From the NCBI GenBank assembly GCA_943787795.1, contig CALSNU010000001.1, positions 64,001-128,000 of the forward strand: a DNA stretch of 64,000 nt, in the 5' to 3' direction. The stretch is from an uncultured bacterium (lineage in GTDB: Bacteria; Planctomycetota; UBA1135; GCA-002686595). Shown piece by piece: positions 10,374-19,456 of this stretch. Position numbers and translations under genes: made by a program. The notes below the pieces were generated by a model that was given only the letters and a program-made list of their open reading frames with translations, searched no databases and had not been told where the DNA came from. Within the stretch, counting starts at the first letter, position 1. Each line of letters opens with the position of its first letter.

Positions 10374-11324
10374 TTAGCTGCCAAGACCAAGGTCACCGAG
10401 CAGGTCCAGCCAGGCGGCGGACTCTCGTTCGGGGGCGGCGAGGGCTGCCCGTTCGTTCGAGAGTCGTGAGAGCTGCTCTGCGAAGCCGGACTCGCTCTCG
10501 ACCTGGAGCATCAACCGGGCGAGGCCCTCCGCGTCCCCTGGCCGGAACAGGCCCGGGTGCTGCTCACCGAGCAGGCCCGTGTTCCCGGGGATCTCGCTGG
10601 CGAGGACCGGGACCCCGAGGGCGAAGGCCTCCGTGATGACGTTGGCGCCTCCCTCGCTGCGAGAGGGCACCACCACGGCTCGGGCGCCGCCGAGCAGGCA
10701 GAGCGCCTCCGACCGCCTCACGTTGCCCCGCCACTCGTACCGCGGGTTGTTCGCCTGCTCGAGGCGGGCGGCCTCGGCGATCTGTGGGTCGAGGGCGGCG
10801 CCCACGTGGATCACCCGAAGCTCCGACCGCTCCGGCAGGAGGCGCGCGGCCTCGGCAGGGAGCAGCGGCTCCTTGACCGCTCGCAGGCTGGCGACGACCG
10901 CGATCTCGGCCGCCTCACGTGCAGGGACCGAGCGCCGCGGCATGGCCTGGTGGATCACATGGGCGCGTTGGCGCTGGGTCGAGCTGAGCTCGCGGAGGGC
11001 ATGCTCCTGGAGGACGATGATCCCGTCCGCGCGCTCGAGGAGCGGCTGCGCCTCCGCTCCCAACTCGTAGATGTCGGTCCCCGTGCAGGCGACGACCAGC
11101 CTCGCCTCGGGGTGGAGATCCATCAAACGCTCGATCTCTGAGCGCACCTTCACGGCGTGGAGAGCGATGAGGAGGTCGACGTGGACGCAGGGGGGCCGGC
11201 GGCGCGCGTGCTCGGCGCGGCGGACGGACCAGCCAAGGGAGCGCAGGCGTCCCGCCCAGCGCAGGGCCGTGGTTCGGTTGCCGCCGAGCGCGTCTTGCGG
11301 GGTGGAGAGGAGGGCGGTCCGCAT
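10374..11324 (-). CDS. senB: Selenosugar synthase-like glycosyltransferase (TIGR04348/SenB family)
   Basis: GGNRTTALRW, LIALHA, VACTGTDIY, IIVLQE, LRAVKEP, SRSEGGANVITEA, IPGNTGLLG; motif order matches my recollection of SenB. Confidence 0.82.
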   Translation of the reverse strand: MRTALLSTPQDALGGNRTTALRWAGRLRSLGWSVRRAEHARRRPPCVHVDLLIALHAVKVRSEIERLMDLHPEARLVVACTGTDIYELGAEAQPLLERADGIIVLQEHALRELSSTQRQRAHVIHQAMPRRSVPAREAAEIAVVASLRAVKEPLLPAEAARLLPERSELRVIHVGAALDPQIAEAARLEQANNPRYEWRGNVRRSEALCLLGGARAVVVPSRSEGGANVITEAFALGVPVLASEIPGNTGLLGEQHPGLFRPGDAEGLARLMLQVESESGFAEQLSRLSNERAALAAPERESAAWLDLLGDLGLGS

Positions 11325-11856
11325 GGGCTTCCGCCGGCGAGTCGCGCCAGCGTGAGTCCACAAGGTACCCAGGAACCCGCGCCGTCTGAACTTCGGCTTC
11401 GAGCGGCGCTCGCTTGTGGTCCATCCGTGTCGCTCATCGGGTCAACCCTGATTGGGTGGGGCAGGCACCCTGTGAGCAGCGGTCGCGTGGGAAGCTCCCG
11501 AGGTGGAGGGTGTGGTCGAGGCGCCCTACGGTGTCATCTAATGGGTCCCGCCTGCCCTCCTCCAAGCTCCCCCGAGTCTTGAAGCTCGACATGTCGGACT
11601 GCCCCAAGACACTCGCTCCGCTCCTCCACCTCGCCTATCAGTGGGATGGGGACCTCGTTGAGGCCGAGTACGGCTTCTTTCAACGCGCACGTGATGAGGC
11701 CGAGCTGGCCGCGGCTCAGGTCGTGGCTAGCGAGTGATGATCTTCACCCTGCACCTCCATGAAGCCTAGCTTGAGGACCACCGGTCGAGCCGAACTCGTT
11801 GTCGTCGGAGTGCCCTTCGGCGTGGGCCTCTCGCCTGTGACCCAGGGGGCGGCGAG

Positions 11857-12915
11857 GTGTTGAGCTCCACGGTCGATGAAGGGGCGGGCCGCCGGGCCCA
11901 GTCGCTCGGCTGGCTCGGCTGGCTCGCCCCCGTGCTCGTCGTGGCTTGCCAGGTCCAGGGGAGCGAGATGGAGCGAGCCGCCGAGGTTCAGGCGCTGAGT
12001 CGAGCGGCCCGTGCGATGGACGCGGCGGCCGATCGATGGGGTGAGAGCCGCCGCTGCGTCACGTGTCATACCAACGGCCTCGCGCTCCTCGCTCAGGCGG
12101 AGGGGCCGAGCGAGCCCGAGGCGGTCGAGCGGAACCGAGCCTTCGCGCGCTCCTACCTCTCCCGTTACCTGGTGGAGGGGCAGGAGCCGCGTGGCCAGCA
12201 TGGGAGCGTCACGGGGCTCGTGGCCACCTCTGCCTTCCTGGCGCTCAGCGACGCGCGGGGGGCCGAGGAGATTGGCGCGATGACCCGAATCGGCCTCGAC
12301 TACGCCTGGTCCGCCCTGGACGACTCTGGCACCTGGGAGGGCTGGCTCCAGTGCAACTGGCCCCCTTACGAGGCGGACACTGCCTTCGGGACCACGCTCA
12401 TGCTCGTGGCGTTGGGCGAGCTCCGGGAGCGGTTCGGGGTGGGCGCGCTCTCGGCCAGCGACCTCGAGGGCGCTACGGCGCTCCAGGGGTGGTTGCGTGC
12501 TCACCCGCCCGTGAGTCCTCACGACGAGGCCATGCGGATCTGGGTAGGGACCTTCTGGGGCGATGTTGAGGAGGCGGGGCGCCTTCAGCGATGGCGCGCC
12601 GAGCTCGGGGAGCGCCAGCGCGTGGACGGCGGGTGGTCCATGGCCTCCCTCGGGGCCGGGACCTGGGTCCACGACGGGGGCCTGCCGCTCGAAGAGGAGA
12701 GCGGCGCGTACGCCACGGCCTTCTCGCTCTTCATCCTCCTGGAGACCGGCGCGGACCCTGGGGACGAGCGGATCCGGCGAGGCCGGGCGTGGCTCCGTCG
12801 CCGCCAGGGGGCAGATGGAACGTGGACGGACCGCTCGCCCCGTCGCGACGGCCTGCACTACATCGGGCGGGCCGCGACGGCCTTCGCGGTCCTCGCCCTC
12901 GCTGACGGTCCGTGA
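11857..12915 (+). CDS. Prenyltransferase/squalene-hopene cyclase-like barrel protein, probable lipoprotein with CxxCH
   Basis: VLVVAC lipobox-like; CVTCHTN; QW-like repeats RQRVDGGW and RQGADGTW; start uncertain. Confidence 0.75.
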   Translation: MLSSTVDEGAGRRAQSLGWLGWLAPVLVVACQVQGSEMERAAEVQALSRAARAMDAAADRWGESRRCVTCHTNGLALLAQAEGPSEPEAVERNRAFARSYLSRYLVEGQEPRGQHGSVTGLVATSAFLALSDARGAEEIGAMTRIGLDYAWSALDDSGTWEGWLQCNWPPYEADTAFGTTLMLVALGELRERFGVGALSASDLEGATALQGWLRAHPPVSPHDEAMRIWVGTFWGDVEEAGRLQRWRAELGERQRVDGGWSMASLGAGTWVHDGGLPLEEESGAYATAFSLFILLETGADPGDERIRRGRAWLRRRQGADGTWTDRSPRRDGLHYIGRAATAFAVLALADGP

Positions 12916-12942
12916 GCGCCACGCGGCGACCCGCCCTTGAAC

Positions 12943-12988
12943 GGGAGGCGCCCGCGCCGCTCGGGTGAGCGGGCGCGGGCGCCTCTCC
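12943..12988. terminator. GC-rich hairpin between convergent genes
   Basis: gggaggcgcccgcgccgctc...gagcgggcgcgggcgcctctc inverted repeat. Confidence 0.55.
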
Positions 12989-13018
12989 TGATCACGGGCG
13001 GCCAAGGCCGCCACCCCT

Positions 13019-15442
13019 TCAGTCGAAGGTGATCCGCATGGCGCTCGAGAAGTTCGACACGGGGAAGCCGAACACAGAGTCGCGGTACCAGTACTGGAAG
13101 TAGCGGGTGTCGCCCGGCATCACCGCCACCACGCCCGTGGGCGTCGGGATGGCCGTGAGGTCCGGATCGAAGGAGACCTCGCCGGTGGAGCCCGAGTTCA
13201 GGACGTTGCCGAGGAAGCGTCCGACCGAGGGCCCTGCGATGCAGAGGTCGCCGAAGCTGCCGCCCGGGTTGGTCACGACATTGGCGTCGAGCGAGGTGAT
13301 CGCGTAACCCGTCGAGTTGAGGGGCAGCTGGGTCACACCGACGGTGAGGTCCATGTCCGCGACCGTGGTGCTCCCGGAGAGCTCGAGGCGCGCGCCCAGG
13401 CCGAGGGAGTTGACGGCCCCCGGGCAGATCGTGGAGGCGAACTGCCCGCCACCGGTGCCGCCGACGGCCACGAGGGCGTAATCAGCGTCCACGGCGGGGG
13501 TCTCGACGTGGTTGTCCTGGACGATGGCGGTGGCGATGATCTCGATCTGCCAGTCCCCGTCGACGGGGTTCTCGACGAACACGTTCTCGATGGAGTTCGT
13601 GTTGTCCTCGGAACCCCCGGCGATGGACCACACGCCGCTCTCGAGGCCGTTGTTGCCCCAGTACACGACGCCGGTCGGCGAGGTGACCCTCAGCGAGAGG
13701 TTGTTGACGAGCTGAGACGAGGCCGAGGGGTTCCCCGCCGGCTCGCTCCAGTTCAGGCTGACCTTGAAGGACGCTTCCCCGGGCTCGACGCCGGCCATGA
13801 CCACCTGGGTCTCACCCTGGGTGATGACCTGGGTCTCATCGATGAGGATGGTCTTGTCCCGGTTGTCGTACATGTCCTGCAGGTTGGGGAAGCCCCAGCC
13901 GCAGTGCTCGCGACGGTTGTCCGAGCTGGACGCGGTGAAGTTGTATGGACGGGCGCTGACGACCATGTGGGCCTTGAGCGTCGTGAAGTGCGGTCGGTTC
14001 TCGTGGGTCGTACCGCCCGGCACGCGCAGCGGCTGGCCGAAGATGCCCACGCCGGGCGAGACCTCTTCCGTGCTCATCTGCAGGGCGATGGTGTTGTGAC
14101 CGGCAACGATCGGGGTCGCGCCGGAGGTGCCGCCGAAGCTGCTGGTCCAGCTGCCGCTGGAGTAGCCGCTGCTGCCCGTGCGGTCCGAGGTGCCAATCCC
14201 GTCGTAGTACGCGCAGAGCGTCGGCTTGATCCGGCCGTCCGAGGCAGGGCCGGTGCTCCCGCTGCCGGACCACGAGTCGTCGTTCGGGTTGCTGTTGTTG
14301 TTGTGGCGGACGCCACCGATGGAGAAGACGTTCTTCGCCCAGGCCTGCGGGCGCGAGTCCTGGTTGCCGGCGTTGGACTGACTCTGCGTCCACGAGATGT
14401 CGTGGTCGAAGACGATGTCGTCCGATTCGGCCGACGTGGAGGTGTAGAAGAACGTCCGCGAGCCGCCCCAAGAGGCGGTGGTGTGACTGACGTTGTGGGT
14501 GTTCACAAGGTCGTCGACCACCTGGTACCGCGAGCCGTTGACCGAGCCGTAGTTCGTGTAGAACTTGCCGGCGTCGGGCGCCATGCCGCGGACGGCAGGG
14601 TTGCTGTTGCCGTTTCCGAAGACGATCCCCGCGGTGGCGTGGCCATGGGACTGCGCCGCGCCGCTGCTGCGTACGTTGGTGACGGTGCCAGTGAAGTCGG
14701 GGTGCGTGGCCTCGACGCCCTCGTAGATGTGGGTGTTCACGCCGGCGCCGGTGTAGCCACCCATGCTCTCGACGTAGTTCCCCCCGCCCTGAATCCGCGC
14801 GTTGTCCATGTCGAGCTCAGGCGCCGACCAGCGGTCGATCCAGAGGACCTCGTCCATGTGGAGGGCCTGGAGCAGCTGAGGGCCGCTGAGCGTGACCTCG
14901 ATCAGCAGGCTGCCGGTCTGCTCGCTGTTGACGATGCCACCGATGTCCTTGATCTGGCGCATCAGCGACGGCTTATCGGTGCGCTTGTTCGCGACCACGA
15001 CGTTGAAGCGCACGAGCTCGGGCTGCTGAAGGAACTCCTCGGTGAGCAGCGCGGGGTCGAGGCGGAAGGCGGGGTGGTAGTCCCCAACCCAGCGGATCGA
15101 CCGAGCCCCCTCGAGGGTCGAGAGTGCGTCCGATGCCATGCGGACGACGTAGGCGTTCGAGGGCAGGTAGCCGATGATCTCACCCCCCAGTCCCTCGATG
15201 GTGTCGCGGCCTGCCTGGGTCGGCACGCCGCTGAACTGGACGATCCGCATCTGATCGCGCGCCGAGCTGCGCAGCGCGGCCGGGATCTCAGGGCTCGCAA
15301 CCACGGGATCGAAGTTCGCATAGCGGAGCTTGATCTGGCTCGAGGCAGCGCTGGGGGTGCTCGAGAGGATGGGGGACTGCGCGGCGGCCGTGCCGGCGAC
15401 AGCGCAGGCTGCGAGCGAGGTGCTGAGGAGGAGTCTGAGCAT
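13019..15442 (-). CDS. Secreted S8 (subtilisin-like) serine peptidase with shared C-terminal domain
   Basis: Sec signal (MLRLLLSTSLAACAVAGTAAAQ); HGHATAG, AGN, WAKNVFSIGG, GPASDGRIKP, FGGTSGATP; the usual catalytic Asp position appears as E (IYEG). Confidence 0.9.
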   Translation of the reverse strand: MLRLLLSTSLAACAVAGTAAAQSPILSSTPSAASSQIKLRYANFDPVVASPEIPAALRSSARDQMRIVQFSGVPTQAGRDTIEGLGGEIIGYLPSNAYVVRMASDALSTLEGARSIRWVGDYHPAFRLDPALLTEEFLQQPELVRFNVVVANKRTDKPSLMRQIKDIGGIVNSEQTGSLLIEVTLSGPQLLQALHMDEVLWIDRWSAPELDMDNARIQGGGNYVESMGGYTGAGVNTHIYEGVEATHPDFTGTVTNVRSSGAAQSHGHATAGIVFGNGNSNPAVRGMAPDAGKFYTNYGSVNGSRYQVVDDLVNTHNVSHTTASWGGSRTFFYTSTSAESDDIVFDHDISWTQSQSNAGNQDSRPQAWAKNVFSIGGVRHNNNSNPNDDSWSGSGSTGPASDGRIKPTLCAYYDGIGTSDRTGSSGYSSGSWTSSFGGTSGATPIVAGHNTIALQMSTEEVSPGVGIFGQPLRVPGGTTHENRPHFTTLKAHMVVSARPYNFTASSSDNRREHCGWGFPNLQDMYDNRDKTILIDETQVITQGETQVVMAGVEPGEASFKVSLNWSEPAGNPSASSQLVNNLSLRVTSPTGVVYWGNNGLESGVWSIAGGSEDNTNSIENVFVENPVDGDWQIEIIATAIVQDNHVETPAVDADYALVAVGGTGGGQFASTICPGAVNSLGLGARLELSGSTTVADMDLTVGVTQLPLNSTGYAITSLDANVVTNPGGSFGDLCIAGPSVGRFLGNVLNSGSTGEVSFDPDLTAIPTPTGVVAVMPGDTRYFQYWYRDSVFGFPVSNFSSAMRITFD

Positions 15443-16178
15443 GGGAAGACGGTGTGGGGACGACGGGGGAGGCGGCGAGTCGCCGGAGAGGGAACTTCGC
15501 CGCTTTTTCGGGACGAGCGGTTGGGCGGTGCGGATCCCCATAAATGTAGAAGGTCCGTCCGGGGGGCGGCCCTGACCTTGTGTTGGAGAAGGACAGAGAT
15601 CCCTGGACGAGATCTTCAGCGGGCGGATCAGGCGGGGATTTGCCCACAACGAGAGTAGTGGATTCTCTGGATCTCGCTCGCGGACCTCTCCAGCGCCGGA
15701 CAGGGGGTGCGGCGGTGCGCCCTAGAAGTCCCAATTCAGGGGCGTCGCGGGCGGGCGACGCGCCGCGGTTGCCGTGCGGTCACCCCCTCCCGGGCGCACT
15801 GTCCTCGGCCCGTCCTTTGAAGCGTCGCAATCCGTCGAGCGTCCGCCGGAACCCGGTGGAGTCCCATGGAGTCCCGTGTTGGATCAGGACGGAGCCCCAC
15901 ACACCGCAGGTCGGGGCTTGAATCAAGGAAGCGAGCTCTCTCCCCGGCTTGAGCTCAACGGCCGGTTCAAGGCGAGATCTGGGCGGTGCTTCGCTGCCCC
16001 TCTGGCGGCGGCCACAGGATCAGCGCAGCCCTCGTCGCGCTGCACAGGGAGACCGGGTCTTGGCGGCTACGCAGGCCGCCTTGAGGCGCAGGAGCGACCA
16101 GGGCCCCACCCAGGCGGAGCATCTCGGCCAGGGAGCACCTCGGCCACGGAGCGTCGCGGCGACGGGGCGCAGTCCGGG

Positions 16179-16970
16179 TCAGGCTGCGGGTGAGCGTTGC
16201 TCGGCGGCTGACCCATCGGGGACCGCTCGCAGCGTGTGCCCGGCGCCGGATGGGGCGTCCGCGTCGGCCCCGGCGGGCTTGCTTCCCAGCTCCAGCCAGA
16301 CCGCAGCTCCGCCAAGCTCGACCTCGATGTGCGAGAGGAGGGCGCGGACAAAGAGGATCACCCCGGCCATCTCCATGAACTCCTCCACGGCGGTCCACAG
16401 GTTGTAGCCCAGCGTGTTCAGGAGGTCGTTCTGCTCGTGGTAGAGCGTGGCGGCCTCGACCCCGACGGCGCCGCCGACGTAGACCGCTCCAGCGATCAGG
16501 AAGAGCTTGCGCGTCCGAGCGGGGAGGGAGCGGAGGAACGGGACAAAGATGAGGGCGGAGAGGACCACAGCCGCAGCGCCGAAGGCCGTCCAGTGCACGA
16601 ACTTCACGAGGGTGTTGACCGTCTCGTGGAAGCCGGCCACCTCATCGATGGACAGGAGGATGAAGCCAGCGCCGAGCAGGGACCAAGAGCGGGCCCAGCG
16701 GCCGCCATCGGGAGCGGCGAGGCGGCCGGTCAAGATCGTGAGCAGGCCGGCGACGAAGAGGAGCAGCGTGCTGAACCATGTGCCGATGCTCTCCTCCTCG
16801 TCGAGGTCGAAGATGGCGATGTAGAGCCAGCGGTCCACGGGCAGCACATCGGTGAACCACAGGACCATGACGATCGCGTGGGTCACCGCGAGGGCGCCGG
16901 CGATCCAGAGCAGGAACCGGGTCACCGTGGAGGCACTCACGGGCACAAATTGCATCTTCCTTTTGTTCAT
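16179..16970 (-). CDS. Conserved multi-pass membrane protein of unknown function
   Basis: ~7 TM segments with acidic motifs FDLDEEESIGTWFS, LSIDEVAGFHE, AVEEFMEMAG. Confidence 0.8.
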   Translation of the reverse strand: MNKRKMQFVPVSASTVTRFLLWIAGALAVTHAIVMVLWFTDVLPVDRWLYIAIFDLDEEESIGTWFSTLLLFVAGLLTILTGRLAAPDGGRWARSWSLLGAGFILLSIDEVAGFHETVNTLVKFVHWTAFGAAAVVLSALIFVPFLRSLPARTRKLFLIAGAVYVGGAVGVEAATLYHEQNDLLNTLGYNLWTAVEEFMEMAGVILFVRALLSHIEVELGGAAVWLELGSKPAGADADAPSGAGHTLRAVPDGSAAEQRSPAA

Positions 16971-17074
16971 CAGGGCACCTTCTGCCTGGTTGATCGGACA
17001 GATCCGCGCCGGGCCAAAGGACTTCTCTGCCTGCCTTGGCCGGCGAGTCGCCCAGGCCCCGCAGCGCGCCTTGG

Positions 17075-17218
17075 GCCGGTGCCCCGATGCCGGGTGCTGT
17101 GATGCTCCGTGCCCCGATGCCCGGATGCCCCGATGCCCGGATGCCCCGATGCCCGGTGCCCTGATGCCCGGTGCCCTGATGCCCGGTGCCCTGATGCCCT
17201 GATGCTCGATGCCCTGAT
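17075..17218. repeat. Intergenic 7-8-nt tandem repeat array, ~19 units (gccccgat/gcccggat/gccctgat/gcccggt)
   Basis: Read directly; includes (gcccggtgccctgat)x3. Confidence 0.9.
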
Positions 17219-17261
17219 ACGCCAGCGGCCCGTGCCCCGGCGCTCACAGGGCCCCCTCGAC

Positions 17262-18751
17262 TCAGCGCCGGCCCGGGGGCGGGGCCTCGCCGGCGGGGGT
17301 CGCTGCCTCCGCGACGGCGCGGTCGATCAGGAAGTCGGTCAGCTCGGCGGATCGGAACCAGCCTTCCCACATGTCGTGCCCGCGGTCCTCGAAGACCCGC
17401 AGCGTCATGGGACCTCCGAGCTCGAGGTATCGCCGGGCGACCTCCGCGGAGTTGGCCCCCAGGGGGACGGTCCGGTCCTGGTCGCCGTGGAGGTGGAGGA
17501 TGGGGATGCCAGCCGCCGCGAGCGCCGTCAGTCGGTCCACGGGGTTGAACTCGGCGAGGCGCCCGGAGAGCTCTTCGGGGGTCAGGTCGAAGGCCGGCGC
17601 GGCCCGCTCGAGTCCTGGATAGCTCCTCAGGTCGCAGACCGGGTAGATCCCGCCGACTCCTGCCACGAGGTCGGGGTGCGCGGCCGCCCAGCCGTAGGCC
17701 ATGAGCCCGCCGCGGCTCCTGGCCAGGAACGCAGGGCGCGAGCGATATCCGCGGTCGCGGGTCAGGTGCTGGTGGAGCAGGGTCAAAGCCGCGCGTACCG
17801 TCGGGGCTCCCGTAGGACTCGCCCACATCAATCCCGGCGATCGCGACGCCCGCGGCGAGGAGGCGGTCGATCATCCAGCCCTCGGCGGCGCCCGGGTAGG
17901 GCGCCAGGGTCGGCGCGTACCAGACCCAGGGCATCGGGCCTTCAGGCCTGGTCGCCGCGGGCGGCTCGATCACGAAGGCGGTGAGGCCTTCGAGGGTCAA
18001 GGTGGTCCCCGGACGCGGGAGCCGCTTCTGCACCCGACGCGGATCATCGGCGGGCACCGCGGGCATCGAGTCGAGCTCGAGCCGCTCGATCCACGCATTG
18101 CGGAACCTCACCTCGTTGTGGTGACCCTGGAGCTTGATGGGCCTCGGCTCGGGACCCTCGGGCTTGCCCGCCCCGGTCTTGCGCGGCAGGCAGAAGTCGT
18201 CGTGGATGAGGCGGCCGTTGTGGAAGGCCGTGATGCGGGCATCCTCGGTCTTGGTCTCACCCTCGAAGCGCGCGGCGCGGAACAGGATGTCGTAGGTCTG
18301 CCAGGCCTCGGCCGGCCAGCACGCCGGCTGGTCCGGCTTCTTCAGGCGGTAGAGGCTGCCGCACTGCCAGGGTGCGTACTCGTCCCAGGGGGGTCGCGAA
18401 CGAGTCGTGGATCTGGAGCTCGTAGCGCTGCTGGATGTAGACCCCGGAGTTGCCGCGGGCCTCGGGGTTCTCGTCGTCGGAGCGGTTGACCGCGAACTCC
18501 AGGTGCATCCTGAAGTCCCCGTAGGTCTCGGGGGTCACCACGCTATCCCAGACGGGCGAGGCGGTCAGGACGCCGGCGTCGAAGGTCCAGCGTCCAGGAC
18601 CCTCACCTTCGGGCACCAGGCTGTGGCCCTCTGGACCGATCAGCTGGAGGGTGGCCTCGGACCGAGGGTCGCCGGAGAAGTCGAGCAGGTCAGCCGGAGC
18701 AGGGGCACTGACCTGAGCCGCGATCATCAGGAGGGCAGTGGAGGAGAGCAT
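17262..18751 (-). pseudogene. DUF1080 + alpha/beta-hydrolase fusion with two +1 frameshifts (possibly sequencing error)
   Basis: Frame 1: signal peptide, YGDFRMHLEF, GNSGVYIQQRYELQI; after G6 run 18388-18393: CGSLY, WQTYDILF, IKLQGH..EVRFRNAWI, PWVWYAP, GESYGSP; after GGG 17780-17782: ARSRGGL, LHGDQDRTVP, GHD. Span 1490 nt = 3n+2. Confidence 0.85.
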
Positions 18752-18797
18752 GTCCGCAGGGTACGCGATCCGGGGCGGTCTCGACCCGCGGCGGCGC

Positions 18798-19307
18798 TCA
18801 GTCAGCGAGCCAGATCGAGTGTCGATACCACCCACTCGGGAGCTTCTCGCTCACCATCTGGCCGCGGGCCACGGCGAACTGGCCGGTGCCACCGATCACA
18901 GCGCGCACGATGGGGACGTCCGTCTCGATCGCGCCGTGCTTGTAGGGGTGAGAACCGGCGACGAGCAGGGAGTCGTCGGAGTCGTCCCAGTCCAGCTCGA
19001 TGTTCGTCATCCGGTGCTCACGGCCGTCTTCACGGGCCCCGAGGCGGGTCACCTGCATCGTCCCGTTGCAGTGACCGATCCGGGTGGCCTCCTCCCCCTC
19101 GCTCAGGTCCAGGTCCGCGTGCCAGCTGATGAGCTCACCGTGGGCTCGGTCCGAGTCTCCGAGGTCGAAGTGGCTGACCTCCGGGGGGGAGTTGAAGACG
19201 ACGAGCGTCGGCGCGGCCTCGGTGTTCAGCGAGCTGACAGGGCTGGCGCAGGCGGCGAGGAGGCTGGCGCTGAGGAGGGCGATGGAGAGCGGGAGCGAGC
19301 GGAGCAT
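18798..19307 (-). CDS. Dirigent/allene-oxide-cyclase-like beta-barrel lipoprotein
   Basis: LLAAC lipobox; IGHCNG; AVIGGTGQFAVARG signature. Confidence 0.75.
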   Translation of the reverse strand: MLRSLPLSIALLSASLLAACASPVSSLNTEAAPTLVVFNSPPEVSHFDLGDSDRAHGELISWHADLDLSEGEEATRIGHCNGTMQVTRLGAREDGREHRMTNIELDWDDSDDSLLVAGSHPYKHGAIETDVPIVRAVIGGTGQFAVARGQMVSEKLPSGWYRHSIWLAD

Positions 19308-19383
19308 GGCCAGACGGGGAGTGACTGAGGGGGGCGTGGCGATGTGGGGAGCGAAGGGGGGGGCACAAGTCCTGCTGACCCTT

Positions 19384-19450
19384 GTGGCCGGAAGCTGATG
19401 TTGTGGCCGGAAGCTGAAGTGGCCGGAAGTTGAAGCCGAAGCCGAAGTCG
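19384..19450. repeat. Intergenic repeat gtggccggaag(c/t)tga x3 followed by agccga x2
   Basis: Copies at 19384, 19403 and 19419. Confidence 0.8.
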
Positions 19451-19456
19451 GGGGGC

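Noticed and set aside
11591..11863. Short ORF ending in TGA-TGA beside senB, considered as selenocysteine readthrough
   Set aside because: The downstream frame is not protein-like and no SECIS-like hairpin or selenoprotein motif is evident.
13508..15658. Long antisense or alternate-frame ORFs (also 4-897, 6646-8457, 19430-20887, 33644-35272, 36425-37822, 46994-48316)
   Set aside because: They shadow well-supported genes on the other strand, as expected at high GC, and show no motifs.
17075..17218. Possible CRISPR array here or at 59288-59372
   Set aside because: Units are 7-17 nt and directly adjacent, with no unique spacers and no cas genes.
18388..18393. Programmed +1 frameshifting at CCC-N as the cause of the split genes
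   Set aside because: Only this site has an in-frame CCC; the other three differ in phase and the genes are unrelated.
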